Shown in pieces: positions 1 through 56,471 of a DNA stretch of 64,000 bases. The DNA is from the human T2T-CHM13v2.0 reference genome, Homo sapiens. Location of the stretch: assembly GCF_009914755.1 (NCBI RefSeq), contig NC_060933.1; one strand, written 5' to 3'. The number at the start of each line of letters is the position of its first letter. The first letter of the stretch is position 1. The notes beneath the pieces are model-generated. The model saw only the letters and a list, made by a program, of their open reading frames with translations. It had not been told where the DNA came from and did no database searches. Position numbers and translations under genes: made by a program.

Positions 1-330
1 GCCCTCTGCCCTCACTGGCAGAGAGCAGCCACCCCACGTGGCAAAGCAAGGAGCCTACCGAGCTGATAACACACTGCTGTCCATGGACAGCAGAGCTAAG
101 AGAGCACTGTAACATGTCCTCTGGGGCTTCAGGGTTTGCAGGCACCCCGACCTGGGCACCGCCATGGGGCCTGCATGGAGCCTCCTTCTGCCCACGCCCA
201 GAGCAGCCAGCGGGATCCTGCACTTGCTCGCCCACATGCTCCCTCCCACAAGGGTTGAGCATGGCGGGCTGGCCTAGACAGGGCACCCCCATCGCAAGTC
301 CAACAAAGAAGTCAAGAAAAATCCTGCATC
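1..330 (+). mobile_element. ERV LTR 3' portion (LTR18-like; family uncertain)
   Basis: gagctaagagagcactgtaaca...ctggggcttcagg...aaaaatcctgcatc resembles ERVL-class LTR ends (recall). Confidence 0.5.
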
Positions 331-3439
<3,109 letters not shown>

Positions 3440-4089
3440 TCATCCCTATTTCATAGAGGGGTAAGCTCTAGAGAGCTGAAGTGGCAACACTTGATTCTAT
3501 CTCAGGTCGGCCTGATCTCAATCCTGGTATTTAGTGTAAGACCCAGATAGGTGGCCAGAACTGAAGACCCCTTGACTCCAGCTCTCAGAGAGACACTGTC
3601 TAGCGGCGAGACCTGGCACTTTTGCAAACAACTCCAGAACAAGGGGGAGAGTGGCGACAGTATAAGAGCATGCTGCGGGAAGTCAGGGGCGGTAGTATTT
3701 GAAAATGGGCGCTTGGAGAGTGGGAAGGATTTGTCCTTGTGTGGAACAAGAATAGAGGATCCTAATACGAGGGCTCAGCCTGCTTTGGCGTACTCCAAGA
3801 AAGCCCCTTGGAGGTCTGACTGCTCCGCTTCAGCCCCTTTAAGAATGGCCCCGCCCCACCCAGCCGCCCATGTCGATCTAATCTGAATGACCAATAGTAG
3901 AAGAGAAGAGACCACTTTCGCGCTTCAACCGCACTAGGAGGAGGGGAAGAGGGCGGGAGAGGCGGAATATAAGCTTGGTCACATGACCCGCCTAATTGGC
4001 CAGAGGCTGCGGCGGCCCTGAGAGACTCAGCGATGCTCATTGGCCAGAAGAGGGTGGGGGCTTGGCGCTAGGCCACGCCCCCGGCGGCC

Positions 4090-4150
4090 GGTTTGGTTGC
4101 GCAGCCGCCGGGGAAGGAGACGCTGCCCTTCCGCAGCGATGGCATCCCGG
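4090..4150 (+). other. MIGA2: MIGA2 first exon 1a (5' UTR; start approximate)
   Basis: Lies just downstream of CCAAT/GC boxes in the CpG island; consensus donor CGG|GTGAGT at 4150/4151; contains ATG at 4139. Confidence 0.75.
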
Positions 4151-4436
4151 GTGAGTATCGGCCCCGGCCGAGCCCCCAAGGCGGGCGGGCAGCGCGGCAG
4201 GGCCGGGACTTGAGCGGAGGACCGAGTAGGCGCAGGTGTCCGGGCCCAACAGGACCAGGAAGGTGTCGGGGTTGGAATGAGTGGGTACCCGGGCCGGGGA
4301 CGGTGCGAGAGGGTGCCTTGCTTGGGAGCGGAACGAGAAGGTACTTGGGTCAGGGAGGTGATGCCCGGGCCTGGAACGTGGCGGGGATTGGAGCAGGCGC
4401 GCAGGTACCCGATCCGAGGCGGGGAGAGCACCCGGG

Positions 4437-4485
4437 ATGGAAGGAGCAGGCGTGCGGGCCGTGAGCGGCGCCAGAGGGTACCTGG
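4437..4485 (+). CDS. MIGA2: MIGA2 alternative first exon 1b, coding part (N-terminally extended isoform, +64 aa)
   Basis: gggATGG at 4437 and donor TGG|GTGAGT at 4485/4486. 49 nt + 143 nt of exon 2 leader = 192 nt, in frame and stop-free up to ATG 8058. Confidence 0.6.
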
Positions 4486-6156
4486 GTGAGTTTCAATGAT
4501 ATTCCGGGGTGGGGGCAAGAGAAGAAGGGGCTGCCCAAGATGCCTGGGGTGGAGTGAGCAATTTCTGAAGACGGGGATATTGCTGAGGTCCAACGCGGGG
4601 ATGCCCGGTGCCCGGCATGGTGGGACTATTGAGGGGTCCGGCATGGGGTGAATAGGAGACTGGGCAGAGTGGCTCAAGGGAGTCGGGGACGTTGTTGGGG
4701 TCCAGACGGAATGAGTGAGTGCACAGGCCAGAGTCATTAGTGGGGTGGTCTAGCGCAGGGGAGGAGGCGCGTAGGATGATATGCTTAGGCACCCAGGCTG
4801 AGGGTGCTGTAAGTGCTGTGGTGACGGTGGAATGAGGAGGTGTCCGCCTAAGATTGTAGGGCACAAGAGATGGCTGCCCAAGTGGGGCCAGGCCCTACAC
4901 AGCAGTAGAAGTGTCCATTTGGTAGGGGACCTTGCCGTGGGCTTTTCATTGTGGAGAGGAGGTGGAGGGGTCTCAGCTTAGGCCCTGGAGGACGGACAGG
5001 GTGCCAGGGGGACGGACACAGTGTGGGTTGACTGGATTTGGATCCATCCCTGGAGTGAAGCAGGCTTGGGGGCTGGTGATGTTACCTCGCACCTGCAGGC
5101 TCTGCCTCCCAGTGGGGACAGCAGGGGCTGCTCTGGACTCTCCCGCAAACAGTGGGCCTCAGTCACCCCTGTAGCGTTTATTTGTTCAGGCTCATCTTTA
5201 ACACCATGTGGGCTTCTCACTTGGGGGCCCAGAAGTCCTACAGTTGTGGCCTGGAAGGAGCAGTGGCAGTTGTAGCAGGCAGAAGCTGGGAAACCCTGCC
5301 ACAGCCTTGAGATCCCCCAGAGCTTGGCCGCTTAGTACTCGGTGACCTCAGGCAGGCTGCCTCATCTCAGAGCCTCCGCGTTTCCCCATCCTTGAGATAA
5401 ACATTGGCCATTGCGAGGGTTCTGAGAGGACTGGACCCAAAGCCTGTCGTGGAGAGCCTGTTCTGGATCTGGCCTGGAATAAGAGCTTGGGAAATAGTAG
5501 CTGCTGGCCCTCTGATGTTCTTGTCTTCCCTCTTTCTGAGACCTGAGCCAGCCTGGGGTTGGGGTGAAGGGTAGGGGGACGTGGCTTACAGTATTAACCT
5601 AGGTCCTGACCACTGCAGCTCACGTAGCTCAATTCACAGCCTCCTGGGCAGATGTCTCTACCCCTGACAACCTGGAAGCTTCCTTAGCCTGCCCTGCCCT
5701 CTCACACACCCCCGCCAGCCCTAGAGCGAGACTGACAGGCTCCTCAGTCCTTCCCACTCACTGGGGAGAAGCTGTTTCTTCTGCTGGCCCAGTGACTTTG
5801 GCGGCCATCCCAGGGAGACAGGGTCTGTCCTGGCTTGTGTGTTCCTTCCGCTTGAGGTCCCGGGAGACCTTGAAGGCATCCTTGGGCTTGGAGCTGGAAG
5901 TGGGGGAGGACCCTGCCGGGTCTTGGGGTCCAGGCTAGGTGTGATCAAGCCACTTATTTCCTGGCCTTGGGAAGGGGCAATGGGGTACCCTGGCAGGGAG
6001 GGGAGTATCTCCCAAGGTCCAGGGGAAAGCTGCCCAGTACTCTGTGGTCTGCTGGGGCTTGCTACTTCCTGCTGCATGTCAAATTTAGCAAAAGCATTGT
6101 ACTGAGCACAAAGTCTGACTCTACCAAGTACCAGCTGTGTGACTTTGGACTCCTGA

Positions 6157-7547
<1,391 letters not shown>

Positions 7548-8057
7548 TGATTCTCAGTCTGGGGTCTAAGATTTTTGCTTAGCAAATGGTCCATGGGTTG
7601 AAAAAGGTAGAGAAAATGTGGCTTAAAGCCCTAAGTCTGAGAGTGACCTGTCCACCTCCCAGGTTCTGGGTCCTCTCCTGGGCTGGCTGGCCAGAGATGT
7701 TTCCGCTCGCAGGGCCCCTGGTAGGCAGAGGGTCTGTGGGTGTGGGGCTGCCTGCTGGCGGGCAGATGCAGAGGCCTGGGGCCTGATTCCAGGCCTGGGG
7801 TTCCAGAGGCAAGCTTTGCTCCTGCCTCCTCCCCCATGGACGCTCTTCTTGAGTGCATTTCTGCATGTTCCCGTGTGCACGTTCTCTTATCTGACTTGGT
7901 CATCTGTCTCTTAGCTCTGTGGAGGGGCCCTCTGGTATGTGTGTCCCTGTCCTTCTGGGGCGTGGATGGTGCCTGGGACCCAGCTGGCAACCAGTTGAAG
8001 ACGTTCTCCTTGGAAGCTCTTGGCCCTGAGGACTTTGCCTGGGGCATTGGCCCTGCC

Positions 8058-37917
<29,860 letters not shown>

Positions 37918-39191
37918 AGGCGGCACGGGCTGGGGGGTGGCAGAGAGAAGGCTCCTCCTCCCTTCCCTGGGTTGGTATCTGACAGCTGTGGTGGCTGAGG
38001 GCCGTTGCCCCTGACTTTGCCCCACCCCCATCATCTGGGAGTCCCCAAGGCCCAGAGGGGACATTTCCATGGAGAAGAACGGTTCCTGGGGGAAGCAGAG
38101 GCCAGGACCAGTGGGGCCTGTGGGAGAGAAAGGCTGTGAGAGAGGGGGTTGTTGTGGAGAATTGGGACAGGCAGAGCCAGGATGCCCCAGGTGGGGGACC
38201 CCAAAACCTCCCATCGCTCCAGGGCTGCTGACAAGGGTGCTGGGAGGGTGGAGGTGAAGGATGGGGCCTAGAGCCCTGTGGTGAAGGTCACAGTGTCCTG
38301 AGCTAGAAGCCACCTGTGGCTATATGGTCTCAGCATCCAGCTGGCCTGTCCTGATGCCCTCCCCACCTCAACCGCCTTCTCAGAGAGTTTGCAACTCCAG
38401 AGAAGGAGAGTGGGGCCACCTTAGTGGGCAGCAGGCCTGGGCCATCCAGAGATGGGGCAGAGGTGGGCCTCCCACTCCTGTGCTCTCTTCTGAGCAGGAA
38501 CTGGGCCCTTGACAGTGTCCTTTGACATTCCCTCGCCCTACCAAAGATCGTCTTTTCTCCTCCCACCTCTGTCACCACCAAAGACGGGCGGAGGTGGGGC
38601 TGGGCCCTCCTGCCCCCGCCCATCCCCCTTCCATGAGCCCAGACCTCCCTGGGTGGTGCTAGGCTCTGAGCTGGGGGCTCAGACCAGGGATCGCTCAGGC
38701 CCCTGTCACCTGTGGGCCCGGGGACCACTTGGGGGAGGTCAGAGGATGTATGTGGCCGGACCAGCTTCCCCACCTTCATTAGGACAAGAAACTGCCCAGC
38801 ACTTTGCCTTCAGTTCAACGCACAAACGCTCCTGGGGCCTCATGGGGGCAGAGCCTCCCCTGGGCCTGCAGAGAGTCCTGTTAGCAGCGACGTCCCCCCG
38901 CCGCGGGGTCCTGTCAGCCCGGCAGTGTCTTCTCAGTGTCTTCACCTGAGCGAGTGTCTGTGGCCCCAACGCGTTCTGCTGTGGCTCTGCCCTTTCCAGG
39001 TTGAGAGGCCTGCAGGAGAAACACACTCCCCTCCTGGGTTTCCACACTCAGGAGGTCAGAGGACTGGCTCCTGTGACCAGGGCCCCTCTCCCCTGAATGG
39101 GAAAGGGGTCTGGGGATGGGAGGGCGCACCACAGAGAGGAGATGATGCTGGGTGTGGCCCATCTTCTGTGGGCCCCTTCCCAGACACCGGA

Positions 39192-39315
39192 TCCATGGGC
39201 ACTAACCCGCCTCCCAGGCTGATGCCCGGAGGCAGCTTCCTGGGCAGGAGGGTTCCATGGGCACTAACCCACCTCCCAGGCTGATGCCTGGAGGCAGCCT
39301 CCAGGGCAGGAAGGA
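39192..39315 (+). repeat. 62-bp tandem duplication in the MIGA2 3' UTR
   Basis: tccatgggcactaaccc(g/a)cctcccaggctgatgcc(c/t)ggaggcagc... starts at 39192 and again at 39254. Confidence 0.92.
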
Positions 39316-39518
39316 CCCTGTGCTCCCCGCCCCCCATCCTGACATCCTGTTCTTTTGCACTTACCCTGTGCTGTGAATGTAACAGTGGGCCTTGGCCCCG
39401 CCCACTCTGATTTGCATTTTCATTTGTGTTTGTTTACACATCCATGCACTGCCTGTAGCAGTCGATTGTCACAGCTTCGACTTTTGGATGGTAGAGTGTG
39501 TGCACTGACTGTGAGTCG

Positions 39519-39524
39519 AATAAA
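39519..39524 (+). terminator. MIGA2 polyadenylation signal
   Basis: AATAAA ~1.6 kb after the stop, followed by GT-rich sequence (tgttgttggttatgtg). Confidence 0.85.
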
Positions 39525-40143
39525 CAATTGAGACGATTTCCTTCCACTTTGCCATGTTGTTGGTTATGTGCATGGCTGTTTGCTTCTTGGGGCAGAGCAG
39601 GGCACCTGCTTTTTGGGGTGCCGTGGGTGAAGGTTCCAGGAGGACAAAGGTCAGGAGAAGCCTGGTGGGGGCTGTGATCCTACTTGGGGCAACTTGACTG
39701 CCTGACAGGATCCAGCCATCCCTAGGCAGGGAGGGCCCCGGTGGTCCGCGGGGAAGGGTGGGGAGCGGCCAGTGCCACGCTCAAGGCCATGGATGCAAGG
39801 TGGGCAGCCTGGCTGTGGACCCTGCTCAGGCACCATCTTAGGGAAGTCGATTCTCACTGGCCCTCAGTTTCCACATCTGTAAAATGCAGGCACTGGACCG
39901 GGCCAAGATGCAGACTCACAGGCTTAAAGGTTGTTACCCCCCAAGCTGTGAGAGCCAGGGGGAGGGGCTGGAACACTGGGAACAGGTCCAAGCCTGCCGG
40001 ATCGTTACAAGTTTTCATGGGCAGCTGGAAATCACAAGTTTTATTTTACAGGTTTTTAAAAAAGAAACTTTAAAAAAAAATTTCAAATGTATGGAAAAAT
40101 TGAAAAAACTATATAAAACCAACACTTCTGGTCATGTAATTAA

Positions 40144-40388
<245 letters not shown>

Positions 40389-40552
40389 TGATCCGCCCGC
40401 CTCAGCCTCCCAAAGTGCTGGGATTACAGGCGTGAGCCACCGCTCCCGGCAACATTTTGCCATGTTTATTTCATGTATTTCCAAAATACTTTAGCCTAAG
40501 TTTCAGACATGTACTTTACTCTTAAACCTTTAAGCAGAGCTTAAAAACAAGG

Positions 40553-41542
<990 letters not shown>

Positions 41543-41939
41543 TCAACTGGGGATGAACTCCATCTCAAAGAAGGATAAATGCTTGAATCTTAGAGATTTT
41601 AGAGACATGAGCTGATACAGTAGCCACCTCCAATGCTGGCAAATGTTTGTTTTGGTCTTTTTTTTTTGGAGACAAGGTCTCATTCTGTCACCCAGGCTGG
41701 AGTACAGTGGTGTGTGATCTCAGCTCACTGCAGCCTTGACCTCACAAGACTAAGCAATCCTCCCGCCTCAGCCTCCCAAGTAGCTCACCGCCACTCCTGG
41801 CTAAGTTTTGTATTTTTTGTAGAGATGGGGTCTTCCTGTGTTGCCCGGGCTGGCCTTGAACTTCTGAGCTTAAGCAATTCCCCCTCCTTGGCCTCCCAAA
41901 GTAGGAGGCATGAGCCATTGTGCCCAAATTGTTTTGGTT

Positions 41940-42648
<709 letters not shown>

Positions 42649-43144
42649 TAGTAGAGACGGTGTTTCTCCATGTTGGTCAGGCTGGTCTTGAACTCCCGAC
42701 CTCAGGTGATCCACCCGCCTTGGCCTCCCAAAGTGCTGGGATTACAGGCGTGAGCCAACGTGCCTGGCGATTTTTGTATTTTTAGTAGAGGCAGGGTTTT
42801 ACCATATTGGTCAGGCTGGTTTTGAACTCCTGACCTCATGATCCGCCCACCTCGGCCTCCCAAAGTGCTGGGCTTACAGGTGGGAGACACCATGCCTGGC
42901 CATCTCTCAGAGGTTTCTACAACCGAAACTGTCACTTCTAGTTTGACATCACAGGGATCCAGGGCTTCCACAGCCTCCACTGAAATGGCAGTTTCCCGAG
43001 GGTGGCACCCAGCTGGCTATGTTCACTCTTCATCCCTGATGCCCACACGTGGTCTGGCATGACTGAGGAACTCAAATATTTCCTGAAGTCAACAAATGAA
43101 CCTCCAACCCAGAAGGCAGCATCACCATGTTTGGGGAAAGAGGC

Positions 43145-43505
43145 TGTATTACTCTGTTTTCATGTTGCTGATAAAGACATACCCAAGACTGGGTAATTTA
43201 TAAAGAAAAAGATGTTAATGGACTCATAGTTCCATGTGGCTGGGGAGGCCTCACAATCATGGTGGAAGGCAAAAGGCATGTCCTGCATGGCAGCAGGCAA
43301 GAGGGAATGAGAGCCAAGCGGAAGGGGGAACCCCTTATAAAACCATCAGATCTCGTGAGACTTATTCACTACCATAGGAACAGTATGGGGGTAACCACCT
43401 CCATGATTCAATTACCTCCCACCGGGTCCCTCCCACAACACGTGGGAATTATGGGAGCGATAATTCAAGACGAGATTTGGGTGGGGACACAGTCAAACCA
43501 TATCG
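43145..43505 (-). mobile_element. THE1 (ERVL-MaLR) solo LTR
   Basis: Reverse complement begins (c)gatatggtttgactgtgtccccacccaaatctc, the THE1 start; ~360 bp; 5-bp TSD GAGGC at 43140-43144 and 43506-43510. Confidence 0.9.
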
Positions 43506-44234
43506 GAGGCCAAGAGAGGGAGAGAGCCTTGTTTCCTAAGGGCTTGCTGGGACCCTGAGCACAGACCAGCGTGGCTGGGGTGCGGTGCAATTAGACTCTG
43601 TACCTCTAATCTCAGGGCCACCTTGTCTGTGAACTCCCTGCCAGAGGAAAGTCCAGAGGTAAAAGGCCAGACCCTGCCCTGGGACAGCTCTGGAAAAGCC
43701 TGGGTTTCAGAGCTTGTCTGATAACCTATGGAGCAGTGGGAGGAGGTGGCCAGCAGTTTGGTTCATGAGACGCAGGAGGTTCTGAACCTGGGCCAGGAGG
43801 CCGTGGCAAACAGTGTGCCACTCTGAGCCTCGCCATCCTCAGCTACAAGCTGGGCGCACTTAGGGCTGCCTTGCAGGGCTGTTGTGAAGGTAACAAGAAG
43901 GACGCAGCACCTCTCAGGATGCAGAGCCGGCGTCGAGAACATCACTGGTCAAACCCTCAGCTCAGAGAGAGGAGGCAGGCAGCTCGGGCAGCCTCCCCTG
44001 GGGCTTCTGGCCATATTCATGCCTGCACCGCCCAGCCCCTGTCCAACAGCTGGGTCCGACTGTGTCACCTCGTCCATCTCATGGGACCCTGCAAGGGTTC
44101 CTAGGCACGTCTCCCTCAGAAATGAATCCACAGCTATGATTCCACAGGTACGAGTCCATAGCCGTGCACAGGTTCACAGCAGCAATACTTCTAACACCCC
44201 AAACTTAGAAACACCCAAATGTCCATCAAGACTA

Positions 44235-44468
<234 letters not shown>

Positions 44469-44577
44469 CTAACGCTCACAACCATAATGTGAGTGAAGAA
44501 GCCACATACTCAAAAACTGCAGACTGTAGGCTTCCGTTGACAGAAATTCCACAATCCAGGCCAGGCTCCGTGGCTCA

Positions 44578-45290
<713 letters not shown>

Positions 45291-45378
45291 TAAACTGCTG
45301 ACCTCAAGTAATCCGCCTGCCTTGGCCTCCCAAAGAGCTGGGATTACAGGAGTGAGCCACTGCACCCAGCCATGTATA

Positions 45379-45411
<33 letters not shown>

Positions 45412-45623
45412 GAGACAGAGTTTCACTCTTGTTGCCCAGGCTGGTGTGATGTCCGCTCACTGCAACCTCCACCTCCACATTCAAGCAATTCTCCTCCCTC
45501 AACCTCCCAAGTAGCTGTGATTATAGGCATGTGCCACCATGCCTAGCTAATTTTTGTATTTTTAGTAGAGACGGGGTTTCACCATGTTGGCCAGGCTGGG
45601 CTTGAACTCCTGACCTCGGGTGA

Positions 45624-45941
<318 letters not shown>

Positions 45942-46724
45942 TAGTCACGGTGCCTGCCCTGAATGTTCTATTTTAAACAAGAAAACCAAACCAAACCCAA
46001 CAACAAACCCATCCTTCAGAGCTTCCCTCTGTCCCCACCATTAACAGTGCCCTCAAAGTTTCGGGTGGTCAGGCCCCTGTGGGCCTCCTCCCCACCACCT
46101 TACCCCTTCTTTCCCTCTTGCCCACTTCATCCAGCCACACGCGGGCCCCAGGACACTGGCTTACACTGTTCTCTCTGCCAGGAAAACCCTCCCTGGGTAA
46201 CTCCCTCTCATTTCATAGTTCCTCATCCTCATCCTCCCTCGGGAGGCTCCCAGCACTGACAGGCCTGCATTTCATGGACTTTGCTCCCAAGGCCTATTTG
46301 GGAGCGGCAATGTGGCCCAGATCATGGATGGCTGTCCTGTCCCAGGGAACTATTCTGAGAAGCTCCCGGCCCGCTCCTCACACCTCCTGCTTCTCAGAGG
46401 CTAATAATGACAGTGCCTGAGGAAACCGAGGCCAGCTGACCCCGACGAGCCCAGGCTGGGAGTGCGCACAGCAGGGCAGTGGGCCTTCTGGGCTCTTTGG
46501 TGGGTTCTGAGTCGCCATCATCTCCGGCCACACAGGCCAGCTCACGGTCCCCGCTCTACTGGCCTGGCCACTCGCAGAAAGAGCCACTCTCAGTGGGATT
46601 TCCTGGGTAATTCTCAACTCACCTCAGGGGCGCTCGTGTCACTTATCAGACACTTGCTCTAGGTCTGGTCTGGACCAGGCTCAGGATGTACCAGGCCCTG
46701 TCCTCATGTTGCCCAGGGTTTCTC

Positions 46725-46890
46725 CAGTGGTGGCTGTAACCACCTGTATCAGAACCACCAGAGCACATAAGAATGCAGACACCTGGGCTCCAACTCAGAC
46801 CTACTGGATCAACCCAGGCCCCATTGTGACCCAGGAATCTGTGTTTTCTACAGGCTGATCTCAGCACTCCATGAATCTGAGAGCCGCTGC
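46725..46890. mobile_element. MER5A-like DNA transposon relic
   Basis: atcagaaccacc...aatgcagacacctgggc...cagacctactg...cccaggaatctgtgtttt. Confidence 0.6.
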
Positions 46891-48595
46891 TGACTGGGAG
46901 GGATAGGGAGCCGATTACAGTCCAGTGAGGTCAGGGCTGAGAAAGGACAGGAAATGCAACCGTGAGAGCCCAGTACTGGCCCCTCACTTGACTGTGGAAA
47001 CCTGTAAGCCGAGGAGACACCTGAACCAGATTGGGCCGGGCAAAGTAGGGCAGGAGAGGCAGTACATCCCACGCAGCAAAACAGCACATGGTGGCCAGGG
47101 GCGGTGGCTCACACCTGTAATCCCAGCACTTTGGGAGGCCGAGGTGGGCGGATCACGAGGTCAGGAGATCAAGACCATCCTGACCAACACGGTGAAACCC
47201 CGTCTCTACGAAAAGTACGAAAATTAGCCGGGCGTGCCACTGCACTCCAGCCTGGGCAACAGAGCGAGACTCCGTCTCAAAAAAAAAAAAAAAAAATTAG
47301 CTGGGCATGGCGGCTCACGCTTGTAATCTCAGCATTTTGGGAGCCGAGGCAGGTGGATCACCTGAGGCCAGGAGTTCGAGACCAGCCTGCCCAACATGGT
47401 AAGACCCGGTCTCTACTAAAAATGCAAAAATTAGCCGGATGCGGTGGTGCGCGCCTGTAGTCACAGCTACTCGGGAGGCTGAGACAGGAGAATCACTTGG
47501 ACCCAGGAGGCTGAGCAAGATCGTTCCACTGCACTCCAGCCTGGGCCTCAGAGCAAGACCCTGTCTCAAAAAACAAACAAACAGACAAAAACAGCACATG
47601 CTAGCGGCAGGAGACAAGAGGCTGAGCCCTCCCAGCCCACCTTACCTGCACTGTAATCCAATCCAGCCAGAGACAGAGTCGGGTAGGAGAGGTGAAGGCG
47701 GGTGGGAAGGTGTGGCTGTTCACGCAGGAATGTCTTGGGAAAACTGAGGGGTAGGTGGAAAACCGACTTCTTGTTTGAAATGCTCCCAAGACGCCTCATT
47801 AAGTAGCATAGACGTGACTGAATCAATAAATCTTTATTAAATGAATGAAAGGAGGAAGGAGTCCTTAACTGTAGCTAAGCTTCCACTCTTAAGTATCAAT
47901 TAAGCTTCTCTGTTCAGTCCAGCGTTTAGGGCGCCTACTGCGCGCCCCGCCCCACACACTTTTGACAAAAAGGTCGCCTGCTCTGTGTGACTTGCCCTTT
48001 CGCCGGCCAGTATGGGGCAGAGGGAAATAAGCCCCCTCTGCTCTCTGGTCTCAGTTTACTCGTAACTGAAAGTGGGTCGGTTCAAACCCCCTGGAGCTGA
48101 GGTTGCCTCTCCTCTTCGAGCACGCGCTATCGGACGCGCAGGTCCCCAAGACCGCGGATCGGCAGGGGGTACCAGGGAAGCCTTCATTCAGGGCGCAGGT
48201 CCCAGCCGAACCAAAGCTCCCACCAAAGTTCAACACGCCCCCAAAGCCAGCGCCTGATTGGCCCGCCCTGCCCACAAGCTGAGGCAGCCTCACCTTCTGA
48301 TTGGCTGTTATGCTCCCTGTTCGGTGCTGGAACCCTCCCCTTCTCTGATTGGCCAGATGCCTACCTGCGCTCGCCCCAGATTGGGCGCCAGCTGGGGCGG
48401 CTCGTTGGCTCCCAGGGGCCCCGCTCTCTGATTCGCCGCTCGGGCCAGCCCCCACGGCCTGCACGCTGAATGGCTGCGCCGCTACCTATATTGGCCTCCG
48501 ATTGGGTGCACGGCGCCTCCCCGGCGTGATAGGTCAGGACCACCGCCCCCCTGGCTCCCCATTGGCTGCTCGAAGAAGCCCGGTCTCCGGGTAAG

Positions 48596-56471
<7,876 letters not shown>

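Larger units (their letters stand above)
3845..4835 (+). promoter_or_regulatory. MIGA2 CpG-island promoter
   Basis: High CpG density; GC boxes (~3849, ~3951); CCAAT at 3891 and ATTGG at ~3995 and ~4039; palindromic E-box GGTCACATGACC at 3977-3988. Confidence 0.85.

Noticed and set aside
4027-4737. 236-aa antisense ORF over the MIGA2 first exons, with an apparent paralogue at 1491..1988
   Set aside because: The similarity is explained by the DNA-level inverted duplication, and the copies differ by a frameshifting 4-nt indel.
7836-8057. In-frame ATG at 7836 that would extend MIGA2 by 74 aa
   Set aside because: It lies upstream of the exon 2 acceptor (7914), so it is intronic unless an unseen TSS or acceptor is used.
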